DNA from: a virus
Virus record (IMG/VR): IMGVR_UViG_3300038318_000232
Location: 1-64,000 of that record
Strand: one strand, 5' to 3'
DNA: 64,000 nucleotides
Positions 9,321-18,091 of the stretch are shown here, piece by piece. Made by a program: the position numbers and the translations under genes. The notes under the pieces are model-generated. The model was not told the DNA's origin. It made no database searches and saw nothing but the letters and a program-made list of their open reading frames with translations. The number at the start of each line of letters is the position of its first letter. The first letter of the stretch is position 1.

Positions 9321-10372
9321 ATATGGCGAGAGAGGAAGCCATAAGGAATTTTCGAGAGCATTGGGCTTCAAATGCTGTTACCGGAGTTGATAAAGACCAC
9401 AAAGACGAATATCTCAAAAGACATGGCTATTCCAATATAAAACATGACTGTTTTTTATGCGAGTTTGTCTATCAACAAAATGGGATTAGGAACTGCGGCA
9501 TTTGCCCGATAGAATGGCCTGATACTAAAAACGATTACCCACGCGATAATCACCCCTGCGTATTATCTTATTTCGGCGATTGGTTCCAAGCAGCCATCCC
9601 CGAGGAACGCAAACGACTTGCGGCCATTATCCGCGATTTGCCGGAGAAGCAGGAGAAGAAAGAGCCTGCGCCTGACTTTAAGGTTGGCGATTGGGTGAAG
9701 GTGTTGGAGCCGGGATATTATTTCCCTAACGGACACTCTCTGTTGGATGGCAAAACGCCAGATTTGCCGCAAGAGTGTCCCGTTGCAGGCAAGCCCTATG
9801 AAATTATAGCCATTAGTGATAATCAGGACTCCAGTTACGGATTTATATATGCCCTTCGCTCAAAGGATAATACTATTTGCCAAATCCACCACACCAGCAG
9901 TTGTCAAAAACGTGGACTAGAGCCAACTACTGCCCCGGCCAGATACCAGGTTGGTGACAAGGTTGTGCCGGTGAGGAAGAGTATCGGATGCAGTTTTGAT
10001 CAGCACATGATGGAGGTAGGCGGCAAGAAGAAATATTTTATTATCAACGAAATCAGAGACAACGGCGACATATGGTTAAACGGTGGCAAGTACCGAGAAT
10101 CCGACCTCATCCCCTACGTCGAAAAACCCAAGAACCACGCACCCGAGAACAAGACTTTTACCGAATTCGGCGCTACTTTTATTCTCAACGGCCCGGCGAC
10201 CGTCTGTATAATCCCCGTAGACGGACGCAAGTTCAAAGGCATAGCAAAGTGCGCCCCGGAAGATGCCTGGGATGAGTCGGTAGGCAAAGGCTGGGCAGGG
10301 CTCCGGGCAATGCAAAAACTGCTGAAGGCTACTGAGAAGAACTTGAAGCGTAAAGAAGCGTTGGGGCGGTGA
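9317..10372 (+). CDS. hypothetical multi-domain protein (351 aa) with N-terminal Cys-rich domain
   Basis: ATGA overlap with previous gene; N-terminal domain paralogous to 7176..7541. Confidence 0.6.
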   Translation: MNMAREEAIRNFREHWASNAVTGVDKDHKDEYLKRHGYSNIKHDCFLCEFVYQQNGIRNCGICPIEWPDTKNDYPRDNHPCVLSYFGDWFQAAIPEERKRLAAIIRDLPEKQEKKEPAPDFKVGDWVKVLEPGYYFPNGHSLLDGKTPDLPQECPVAGKPYEIIAISDNQDSSYGFIYALRSKDNTICQIHHTSSCQKRGLEPTTAPARYQVGDKVVPVRKSIGCSFDQHMMEVGGKKKYFIINEIRDNGDIWLNGGKYRESDLIPYVEKPKNHAPENKTFTEFGATFILNGPATVCIIPVDGRKFKGIAKCAPEDAWDESVGKGWAGLRAMQKLLKATEKNLKRKEALGR

Positions 10373-10376
10373 TCCC

Positions 10377-10613
10377 GTGAAGCGATCCGAAATCCAAACC
10401 GGCAAGACCTATCATAACATAAGCAAGCCCCCGTTTTACGCCGAGCGCAAGGTGACGGCTATTTTTAAGAGCCAAGCAGAGGAAGATGGCAGGCAATATG
10501 TCAGGTTCCATACCATCACAGGCCCCCTGTCCCACTACGAGCGCGAAGGCTACCCGGACGGAGAAATGCTACTTGAAGCGTTTGCTAGGTGGGCGGCGGG
10601 GGTAGTTGAATAG
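10377..10613 (+). CDS. hypothetical protein (78 aa)
   Basis: GTG start behind extended SD GGCGGTGATCC. Confidence 0.5.
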   Translation: MKRSEIQTGKTYHNISKPPFYAERKVTAIFKSQAEEDGRQYVRFHTITGPLSHYEREGYPDGEMLLEAFARWAAGVVE

Positions 10614-10730
10614 AAAGGACTCACAAATGAATAGCAACCACACTCGCCAGAGGCCGGTTTTTTATTGGGATGATTCGTAAAATTGCTTTATGCCCTACCC
10701 TATCAAACTAAACGAAAGGAATGATTCTTA

Positions 10731-11093
10731 ATGGCACAAGAATTAAGCTTTGCCACTCTCGCAGGTGGAGGCGTACAGGAAAAGTTGCAGTACGCTTTGG
10801 ATGAAGCCGCAGCGAATATCGCTGATCCCAACACCGATGCCAAGAAAGCAAGAAAAGTAACCATGACCCTAACCCTGAAGCCCAACGAGCAGCGGACTAT
10901 CGCTAATCTTGAGGTTGATGTGAAAACCAGTTTGGCCGCTCCGGTGGGCATTAGCACAACACTGATGATAGACCGGGACGAGAAAGGCAAGATCGTAGCC
11001 CAGGAGATTTACGGGAAGGACCCGAATCAAGGGCAGATAGATTATGAAACCGGCGAAGTCATTCATATTGCGGGAAGGAGTAATGCGAAATGA
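10731..11093 (+). CDS. hypothetical phage protein (120 aa)
   Basis: ATG after GAAAGGAATG region; translationally coupled (ATGA) to the next gene. Confidence 0.55.
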   Translation: MAQELSFATLAGGGVQEKLQYALDEAAANIADPNTDAKKARKVTMTLTLKPNEQRTIANLEVDVKTSLAAPVGISTTLMIDRDEKGKIVAQEIYGKDPNQGQIDYETGEVIHIAGRSNAK

Positions 11094-11812
11094 TAAGAGC
11101 AGCATTGGAATATTTAATCAAATTAGGCGTCGACAATAACCCCTTGGTAAATGTAGGAGAAAAAACCTATTCGGTAACGCAGCTTCATCCAATTAAGGAA
11201 ATCGGTCCTGATGCCCTGGAGTTTAACTTCTTGGATTCTTTGATAACCTACCTGAAAGACGCTCCTGATGCCCTATGCAAATCGAAATTAATTATTGAAA
11301 TTAAGAGCCCGACCGAATTAGCCTTGCGGACAAAAATAATCGGCAAGTTCAGTGAAAGATTTACTCCGGTTCGTTGCAAAGCCCTGGTTGAAGAATTCCC
11401 CTGGGGGCGTTTTATAGACCCCGACAACTTCATCATCATGGCACAATCCCGTTTTGTTGAGACTGAGGACCTAGTTAAAATACGCGCGATTGTAGGCAAC
11501 GTCAAAAGCGAAGAAGTATTCCAATTCTCCGACGACGGTATAAGCCAGCAGGTCACAGCAAAAAGCGGTATAGCCAGGGTAGAAAACGTAGTAATCCCAC
11601 CCCGGGTTAAGCTTGCGCCCTATCGGACCTTCATAGAAATTGAACAGCCGGAGAGCGAGTTCGTTTTCCGGGCCAGGAAGGCCAACGAGTTGCCGCACTT
11701 CGCCCTGTTTGAGGCTGACGGCGGCGCTTGGAGAATCGAGGCCATGAAGCGCATTAAGGCGTACCTAGAAGTTAATTTGGAAGGAATAGAGAACGTCGTG
11801 GTGCTTGGGTAA
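11090..11812 (+). CDS. hypothetical phage protein (240 aa)
   Basis: ATGA overlap with 10731..11093; no motif recognised. Confidence 0.55.
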   Translation: MIRAALEYLIKLGVDNNPLVNVGEKTYSVTQLHPIKEIGPDALEFNFLDSLITYLKDAPDALCKSKLIIEIKSPTELALRTKIIGKFSERFTPVRCKALVEEFPWGRFIDPDNFIIMAQSRFVETEDLVKIRAIVGNVKSEEVFQFSDDGISQQVTAKSGIARVENVVIPPRVKLAPYRTFIEIEQPESEFVFRARKANELPHFALFEADGGAWRIEAMKRIKAYLEVNLEGIENVVVLG

Positions 11813-11832
11813 TTAAGGACAACCAGGGGAGC

Positions 11833-12060
11833 TTAACGCTCCCCTTCCTTATCAGAATATTTTTTTAACAAATCAATCAATGCCTCATCTATTAATTTGC
11901 TTTGCGGTATGCGGGTTTTATCGGCTAATTCCCTAAATTTCAACAAGACTTCTTTATCAATTGTTACCCCATAGTGTTGCCGGTTTTTTAACCCATCGGC
12001 CACAACACAAACCTCCTTAAAGTTTTCATCAAGTATACCACAGAAGGACAACACTTGCAA
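11833..12060 (-). CDS. ribbon-helix-helix (CopG/Arc-like) DNA-binding protein
   Basis: YGVTIDKEVLLKFRELADKTRIPQSKLIDEALIDLLKKY is a beta-strand/helix/helix RHH pattern; the only minus-strand gene in the early arm, facing the replication module promoter. Confidence 0.65.
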   Translation of the reverse strand: MQVLSFCGILDENFKEVCVVADGLKNRQHYGVTIDKEVLLKFRELADKTRIPQSKLIDEALIDLLKKYSDKEGER

Positions 12061-12064
12061 TAGT

Positions 12065-12083
12065 TGTTAAACTATGTTAAACT
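12065..12083 (+). promoter_or_regulatory. tandem direct repeat TGTTAAACT x2 (10-bp period), candidate RHH operator
   Basis: TGTTAAACT at 12065-12073 and 12075-12083, between the divergent RHH gene and the replisome organizer gene. Confidence 0.5.
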
Positions 12084-12123
12084 TTAGAAAGGAAGTGAAT
12101 GCATATTGGAGGGACTAAACAAG

Positions 12124-13047
12124 ATGGCAGAAGTTAAGTGGATTAAGTTGAATGTAGCGATGTTCGACGATGATAAAATACGAATTATTGAGACTATGCC
12201 AGAAGCAGATTCCATCCTGGTTATTTGGGTTAAATTGCTCACCCTCGCCGGGAAGAAAAACATGAACGGCTATATCTTTCTTACTGAAAACATTCCATAC
12301 ACGGATGAAATGTTGGCAGGATTATTTAACCGTCCACTTACAACAGTACGCCTTGCGTTAGAAACTTTTAATAGGTTCAACATGATCAATTATAACGAAA
12401 GTAATCATCTCCATATCACCAATTGGGACAAACACCAGAACATTGAGGGGCTAGATAAAATCCGGGAGCAAACGAGGAGAAGGGTTGCTGATTATCGAGA
12501 AAGGCAAAAGGAATTACCGGAACCGGAACCAACAGAATGTAACGTTACAGGTAACGCTACAGTAACGCAAGGTAACGCAACAGAAATAGATATAGAAGAA
12601 GATAAAGAAATAGATAATATATCTTTAAGCGAAAAACCAAAAGATAAAAAATCTTCTCCAAAAAAAGCTGAAAGGGTTTTTGTAAAGGGTGATCTTGAGT
12701 TTACAATTGCAGTTTATATTCTCAATAAGATTCGTGAAATTAATCCCGGTTTTAAAAAACCCAATATACAAACATGGTGTAAAGATGTTGATGCTATTTT
12801 AAGAATTGATGAGCGAGATCAAGCCGAATTAAAAGAAGTAATTGACTGGATATATGATGATGATTTTTGGAATGACAAGATTCTTAGTCCATCAAAACTA
12901 AGAAAACAATACGACTCAGTAAACACAAAAAGACTGGCAGAAGAATTGAAAGGGCCAAAACAAAGACAGATACATTATTTTGTAGATGACAAACCTGCCC
13001 CCCAACGCGAACGCCATTTACCCACCCCCGAAGACTTAGGACATTAA
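12124..13047 (+). CDS. phage replisome organizer (DnaD-like N-terminal domain)
   Basis: KWIKLNVAMFDDDKIRIIE.MPEADSILVIWVKLLTLAGK.N.NGYIFL pattern of Phage_rep_org_N; SD GGAGGG before ATG 12124. Confidence 0.8.
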   Translation: MAEVKWIKLNVAMFDDDKIRIIETMPEADSILVIWVKLLTLAGKKNMNGYIFLTENIPYTDEMLAGLFNRPLTTVRLALETFNRFNMINYNESNHLHITNWDKHQNIEGLDKIREQTRRRVADYRERQKELPEPEPTECNVTGNATVTQGNATEIDIEEDKEIDNISLSEKPKDKKSSPKKAERVFVKGDLEFTIAVYILNKIREINPGFKKPNIQTWCKDVDAILRIDERDQAELKEVIDWIYDDDFWNDKILSPSKLRKQYDSVNTKRLAEELKGPKQRQIHYFVDDKPAPQRERHLPTPEDLGH

Positions 13048-13111
13048 AGGCAGGTGATACGACATTGAACTTATAACCGATATTGAGGCTGAGAGAAGAA
13101 TCGTTTCAGCC

Positions 13112-14545
13112 ATGCTACACTCTGACTCAGATACTACCCGCATACAAATCCTGGATGCTGTTTCAGACAAAGACTTTGCCCACCCCTTCACCCGAGACAT
13201 TTTCCTGTTATCTCAAAGCCTCTTTATCCAGGGTATAAGACCCACTACAGTCGAGATATTTAAAGAAGGCATGAAATACGGCTACATAAAAAGCCAAAAG
13301 GATAGAGAGCAGATAGCCCACATAGCGGAGCACTACATTGACGATGAAAATATCTCTTATTGGATAGGCAAGGTTAAGGATGCCTCTAAGGGCCGCTCAT
13401 TGCAAAGGTTCCTAAAGGTATACGCCAATCGCTTGAGCAACGATCAGAACGATATTAGCGAACTCATACGGCAAGCAAGTGGCGAACTATTTTCAATTGC
13501 CCAGAACATCGAGAATGAGAAAGTTCTAACCGGTAAAGACCTTGCTGAATACGGGGAGCAGCGGATAAAAAGCCGAGTTGAAGCCTACCGCAAAGCTCAA
13601 GAAGATGCCAAGTTTCCAGATGAAGCAGTTATCCCCCTCGAAGGTGTGCCAACTGGATTTGCAACACTAGATAAAATGTCCCTAGGCTATAAAGCCGGGG
13701 ATTTAATTGTTTTAGGGGCTCAGACCGGCCATGGCAAAACAGCCTTCGCTATTGCCACTTCAAAGGCCGTTTGCGTTGAAGCAGGTGAATCCCTCTACTA
13801 TCTCAACACCGAAATGAGCAAAGAACAATTGGTGGACAGGTGGGCTCCTATTATGGCCGGTGAGCCTATGCAGCAGATAAGAACAGGCTCACTTACCAAC
13901 CAGCAAATGGAACGTGTCCTGGAAGGCTTCAGGCCCCTATCAGAAGCAAAGTTCTATACTGACGATAAACCCTTGACCAGACTCACACCTCAAAGAACCG
14001 AGATTAAGATCCGCAAGTATCAAATGCAGTTCGGAATCAAGATAGCCATAATTGACTACGTTGGCCGGATGCAGAAGCTTCAAAAGGGTTTAGAGGAATG
14101 GCAGGTCCTTGAGCAGATTGTAAAGTCCATGAAAGAGTTAGCCCAGGAATTGGGCATAGCAATTATGGTCCTGGCTCAATTGAACCCGGACGGTAGTCTT
14201 CAGGGAGCTAAAAGGATAAAGAACGAATGCGACATGATGTTTACCTTGGAACCGGCCAGTCTCGAAGAAGAGGGCAAAAAGAAGAGAAAGTCCAGGAAGC
14301 CTGTAAATGGCACGGTTCAACGTGAAGCTAACTACTACCTACACATTGAGAAGGCCCGCGACTTTGCCAGCAACCGGGACATACCCCTATTCTTTGATAC
14401 GGCCAAGCAGCAAATCAGAGAGGTAAAAGGCTCGGGGAATGATGCTCCACCTCTCCCACCTGAACCGCCACCCGAAAAGAAGGATGAAGGGTTGTTTTCA
14501 AATTGGCATGAATTGGGCAAAGAAATTGACTACCGGGAGGAGTGA
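13112..14545 (+). CDS. dnaB: DnaB-like replicative DNA helicase (true start probably ATT 13064)
   Basis: Walker A GAQTGHGKTAFA, DnaB-type C-terminal domain; conserved N-terminal IEAE..vsamL motif is encoded upstream of the first ATG. Confidence 0.9.
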   Translation: MLHSDSDTTRIQILDAVSDKDFAHPFTRDIFLLSQSLFIQGIRPTTVEIFKEGMKYGYIKSQKDREQIAHIAEHYIDDENISYWIGKVKDASKGRSLQRFLKVYANRLSNDQNDISELIRQASGELFSIAQNIENEKVLTGKDLAEYGEQRIKSRVEAYRKAQEDAKFPDEAVIPLEGVPTGFATLDKMSLGYKAGDLIVLGAQTGHGKTAFAIATSKAVCVEAGESLYYLNTEMSKEQLVDRWAPIMAGEPMQQIRTGSLTNQQMERVLEGFRPLSEAKFYTDDKPLTRLTPQRTEIKIRKYQMQFGIKIAIIDYVGRMQKLQKGLEEWQVLEQIVKSMKELAQELGIAIMVLAQLNPDGSLQGAKRIKNECDMMFTLEPASLEEEGKKKRKSRKPVNGTVQREANYYLHIEKARDFASNRDIPLFFDTAKQQIREVKGSGNDAPPLPPEPPPEKKDEGLFSNWHELGKEIDYREE

Positions 14546-14745
14546 TGCTATTGATTTTCTATCATGACTTCACTGACAAAGAAATAAATATTCACCTTCT
14601 GGCAGGGATGAACTCCCTGCTTTTTGTTGAGGCCGAAGGGACAGAGCGGGAGCAGGCGGTGCATCTGATTCTTAGCGATAGGCAGATGCGGGAGTTAAAG
14701 AAGGCAATGGAGGTGGGAGCCAAACAATATGAACAATTGGAATAA
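14542..14745 (+). CDS. hypothetical protein (67 aa)
   Basis: Start within GGGAGGAGTGATGCTATTG box overlapping the dnaB stop. Confidence 0.5.
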   Translation: MMLLIFYHDFTDKEINIHLLAGMNSLLFVEAEGTEREQAVHLILSDRQMRELKKAMEVGAKQYEQLE

Positions 14746-15286
14746 AATCATACTGGATTTATGTGGTGGCACTGGTTCCTGGTCCAAACCCTATTATGAT
14801 AACGGATATGACGTTCGAGTTATCACCTTGCCGGACAATGATGTAAGGCTGTGCCCCCCCCCCCCGCAGGGAATTTATGGAATATTGGCAGCTCCCCCGT
14901 GTACCGATTTCGCTTCTAGCGGTGCTAGGTGGTGGGAGGCTAAAGGCAAATCTGCTTTGCTTGAAGCCCTGTCCATTGTAGATGCCTGTTACAGAATAAT
15001 ATCTATCGCTAATCCTGTATTTTGGTGCTTAGAAAATCCTATTGGTAGACTGGTTCATTATCTCGGTGAGCCAGTTTTGTATTTTGACCCCTGTGACTAC
15101 GGCGATCCGTATACCAAAAAAACTTGTCTGTGGGGCAACTTTAATATCCCCGCAAAGAACCCGGTAGAGCCAACGGAAGGCAGTAAGATGTGGCGATGCT
15201 ATGGAGGTAAAAGCGAACGAACCAAGCGATTGAGAAGCGCAACCCCCCCCGGTTTTGCCCAAGCCTTCTATGAAGCCAATAGATGA
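14729..15286 (+). CDS. short DNA cytosine-C5 methyltransferase-like protein (no obvious target-recognition domain)
   Basis: Motif I LDLCGGTGSW, motif IV AAPPCTDFAS, motif VI CLENP; contains a C12 tract (14854-14865) and a C8 tract (15243-15250). Confidence 0.7.
   Translation: MNNWNKIILDLCGGTGSWSKPYYDNGYDVRVITLPDNDVRLCPPPPQGIYGILAAPPCTDFASSGARWWEAKGKSALLEALSIVDACYRIISIANPVFWCLENPIGRLVHYLGEPVLYFDPCDYGDPYTKKTCLWGNFNIPAKNPVEPTEGSKMWRCYGGKSERTKRLRSATPPGFAQAFYEANR
14854..14865 (+). repeat. poly-C homopolymer (12 nt) inside the methyltransferase-like gene, currently in frame
   Basis: Counted directly: gtg + 12 C + gcagg; encodes CPPPPQ. Confidence 0.95.
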
Positions 15287-15299
15287 GAGGAAGTGAGTT

Positions 15300-15551
15300 A
15301 TGCCGAGAATAACACCAGGAGAATACCAAATGATCCAGACTGAGCTTATAACCATGGCTGCTACAGTTCAGGGCTTCGACCTTGAAGGATTCCTTGAAAA
15401 CATATCATACGCCGATACAATGGGGCCTATCCTTGATCCTACGCTTTGGACGAAGGGCTCAGATCGGATGCACAAGATTGAGCAAATAGCCCGAGCAGCG
15501 TTGAGGTTTCAAAAGGAATGTGCCAAAGCATTGGGGGTGGAAGAAATATGA
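15300..15551 (+). CDS. hypothetical protein (83 aa)
   Basis: SD GAGGAAGTGAG before ATG. Confidence 0.55.
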   Translation: MPRITPGEYQMIQTELITMAATVQGFDLEGFLENISYADTMGPILDPTLWTKGSDRMHKIEQIARAALRFQKECAKALGVEEI

Positions 15552-16024
15552 TTATATCCATCGACCCAGGCCCCGTACAGAGCGCATTTGCCGTCCTTGA
15601 CGAACACTTAAGGCCTATCGAGTTTGGAATCCTGCCAAATGATGAACTGCTTAACCGCCTACATTGGGGCGAATTCGCTGGCATAAATGACTACTTCGCA
15701 ATTGAAATGATTGCCTCCCAAGGAATGGCGGTTGGTAAAACCGTTTTTGAAACCTGCGTTTGGATAGGCCGATTCTGGCAGGAAGCCGATTGTCCTTACA
15801 AACAATTTGTCTACCGTAAGGACGAAAAGATGAACCTTTGCGGGAGTATGAGGGCAAAAGACGGTAATATTCGGCAGGCTTTAATAGACAGGTTTGGTAT
15901 CGTCGGCACAAAGAAGTCCCCCGGGTGGTTCTACGGAGTATCAAAGGACGTATGGGCGGCTATAGCGGTAGGTGTTACATACTATGACACGGTAATTATG
16001 AACAAAAAGAAGGTGACTCCATGA
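15548..16024 (+). CDS. RuvC-like Holliday junction resolvase
   Basis: ATGA coupling; IISIDPGP, FAIEMIASQG and DVWAAIAVG acidic-residue motifs of the RuvC/RNase H fold. Confidence 0.7.
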   Translation: MIISIDPGPVQSAFAVLDEHLRPIEFGILPNDELLNRLHWGEFAGINDYFAIEMIASQGMAVGKTVFETCVWIGRFWQEADCPYKQFVYRKDEKMNLCGSMRAKDGNIRQALIDRFGIVGTKKSPGWFYGVSKDVWAAIAVGVTYYDTVIMNKKKVTP

Positions 16025-16182
16025 TCCCTACCAACAAGAAACGCCAATACCAAAAAGATTACTGGCTTAAGAAAGCATGGCTTTATCAAATCCCAACCGA
16101 AGGCCGCGAGGATGATGCGGCGAGAGAAGCAGAGCGCAGGTACAGGAAGGAATATCGGGCGAGGAAGAAGGTGGGGGGTTGA
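16021..16182 (+). CDS. small basic protein (53 aa)
   Basis: ATGA overlap with resolvase stop; below the ORF-track cut-off. Confidence 0.4.
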   Translation: MIPTNKKRQYQKDYWLKKAWLYQIPTEGREDDAAREAERRYRKEYRARKKVGG

Positions 16183-17091
16183 ATATTGGACTTATTGACG
16201 TTGACTCCAAAATCCCAAACTTAGCCCTGATGAAAATATCTGCATGGCATAAGGCGCAAGGTGATTCGGTTGAATGGTATGGAGGTTTGTTTGACAACCC
16301 GGACAGGATTTATGCCAGCAAGGTATTTACCTTTACTCCCGATTATCAATATTTCCCATCCGGGGGGGGGCATTCCCATATTTAAGGGTGGAATCGGCTA
16401 CGATATGCGCCCCAATAGTGAATACAGAACTTCTTTTTGCCCTATCGCTTTTGACTACATGTGCCCTGACTACTCATTGTATCCTGACATGGACTATTCT
16501 ATGGGGTTTTTAACTCGTGGATGCCCCAACAAATGTTCATGGTGTTTTGTTTGGAGAAAAGAAGGCAATATTCACCCGGCAGCAGACATTGATGACTTTT
16601 GTCGCCACAGGGAAGCAGTTTTAATGGACAACAATGTCTTAGCTTCAGATTGGGGCGTAAAACAAATTCAGAAGATTATTAAACTCGATATCCGCATTGA
16701 CTTTAATCAAGGGCTTGATGCGAGGCTCATTGACGATTCGATGGCCAAGCTACTCTCGAGGGTTAAATGGCGTGCGCCCGTTAGACTGGCTTGCGACACT
16801 TCGGCGCAGATGAAGCACGTTCAAAAAGCTGTGGAAGCCCTTCGGTGGTACAACACAAAGCCGATGGCCTATTCCTGTTACGTTTTGGTGAGGCCCGGCG
16901 AGGTTGAGGATGCTATTCGGCGGGTGAGATTCTTAAAGGGGCTTGGAGTTGATCCCTTTGTTCAACCATATCAACCGCCCGAGGGTAGATTGCCAACCAA
17001 AGAAGAAAGCGACTTGGCGCGGTATGTTGACATGAAAGCTACGTTTAAAAGTTGTTGGTGGGAGGAATATGGGAAGAAGGTGCGTCCATGA
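16179..17091 (+). pseudogene. phage radical-SAM protein split by a frameshift in a G9 tract
   Basis: N-terminal part 16179..16385 (MNIGLIDVDSKIPNLALMKISAWHKAQGD) and the CxxxCxxC part (GCPNKCSWC) in frame +1 from 16369; the frames join at G-run 16362-16370, and G8 would give one ORF. Confidence 0.8.
16362..16370 (+). repeat. poly-G homopolymer (9 nt) at the radical-SAM frame junction
   Basis: Counted directly: catcc + 9 G + cattcc. Confidence 0.95.
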
Positions 17092-17369
17092 CGAAAGTAA
17101 TCGCCTTCCAACGAGAAGGCAGGCTCATAATCGGACAGGTTTACTCGACCTTCATGGAACGCCAAAGAGATGGCAGGTACATGGAGGTTTTCTTTTGCCA
17201 GGATTCGGACGGAATCAGGCGCAGGGTGGAAAAGCGGGATGTGATGATAGTCACCGCTAAGACCGCAGCGAAACCACTTAAGAAATCAAAAAGGAGGCGT
17301 GAGCGTGACGCAAGACGGGAGCGGAAAGCCGCTAAAAGTGTATGTATGCGGGCCGCTGAGTGCCGATAA
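17088..17369 (+). CDS. hypothetical protein with Arg/Lys-rich tail (93 aa)
   Basis: ATGA overlap with the radical-SAM stop. Confidence 0.45.
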   Translation: MTKVIAFQREGRLIIGQVYSTFMERQRDGRYMEVFFCQDSDGIRRRVEKRDVMIVTAKTAAKPLKKSKRRRERDARRERKAAKSVCMRAAECR

Positions 17370-17664
17370 CCAACGCGAAACAGATGCCAACGTAGCCATA
17401 GCCAGACGGGTAAGCTTGGAACTGATGGAGAGAGGGCACTTTCCGTTCTGCCCGCACTTGGCCGTCTACTACAACAGCGACAGGACGTACGAGCAGTGGA
17501 TGGCCTACGACGATGTTTGGTTGCAGCAATGCGAAGCCCTATTCTATATCGGTCCTTCAAAGGGTGCGGATATAGAGTTGGCCAGGGCTAAAGAGTTGGG
17601 TTTGCAGATATTCCATGAATTAAAGGAAGTGCCGGATATGAGGGGAGGAACGGACGTTGGATAA
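17299..17664 (+). CDS. DUF4406 / nucleoside 2-deoxyribosyltransferase-like protein
   Basis: KVYVCGPLSA...N...A......L...GHFPFCPH pattern; AGGAGG SD. Confidence 0.6.
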   Translation: MSVTQDGSGKPLKVYVCGPLSADNQRETDANVAIARRVSLELMERGHFPFCPHLAVYYNSDRTYEQWMAYDDVWLQQCEALFYIGPSKGADIELARAKELGLQIFHELKEVPDMRGGTDVG

Positions 17665-18091
17665 GATTAAATACCGCGTTTGGTGCAAGAACCGCAATGA
17701 ATGGGAAAAGGACCCGGTTTTTATTGATAGCGAAGGCAATCTTTATCACATGATGAGAAACGGCAGTTTAATGCAATGCCGACCCGATACTCATATAGTT
17801 CAATTGTTCACTGGACTTCCCGATTCAAAAAGAACTGATGAATACCCGGAAGGCCAGCATATCTGTGAGGGTGATGTGGTACATGTTTGGGAAACAACCT
17901 GTACACCAGAAAGGACACTCGATTTTACCAGTGAAGTAGCTTTCCGGGAAGGCCAATTTGGTTTCACAAAAGATCATTACGGAGATTGGACACAGTTGGC
18001 CATGGTCACCTGTAAAGGCATTAAATGTGAAGTTATCGGAAATTGCTGCGATAACCCCGAGTTATTAGAAGGAGGCGATTCCAATTTATAA
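17657..18091 (+). CDS. YopX-family phage protein
   Basis: TTG start after GGGGAGGA; KYRVWCK...  ...GDVV...IGN..DNPELLE pattern. Confidence 0.6.
   Translation: MDKIKYRVWCKNRNEWEKDPVFIDSEGNLYHMMRNGSLMQCRPDTHIVQLFTGLPDSKRTDEYPEGQHICEGDVVHVWETTCTPERTLDFTSEVAFREGQFGFTKDHYGDWTQLAMVTCKGIKCEVIGNCCDNPELLEGGDSNL

Noticed and set aside
8690-9361. 223-aa minus-strand ORF
   Set aside because: It is a shadow of 8640..9320 in a uniformly + strand operon, with a Ser/Cys/Ile-rich nonsense-like translation and no SD.
17141-17560. 139-aa Arg-rich minus-strand ORF
   Set aside because: It is a shadow ORF opposite the DUF4406-like gene, with extreme Arg/Ser content.
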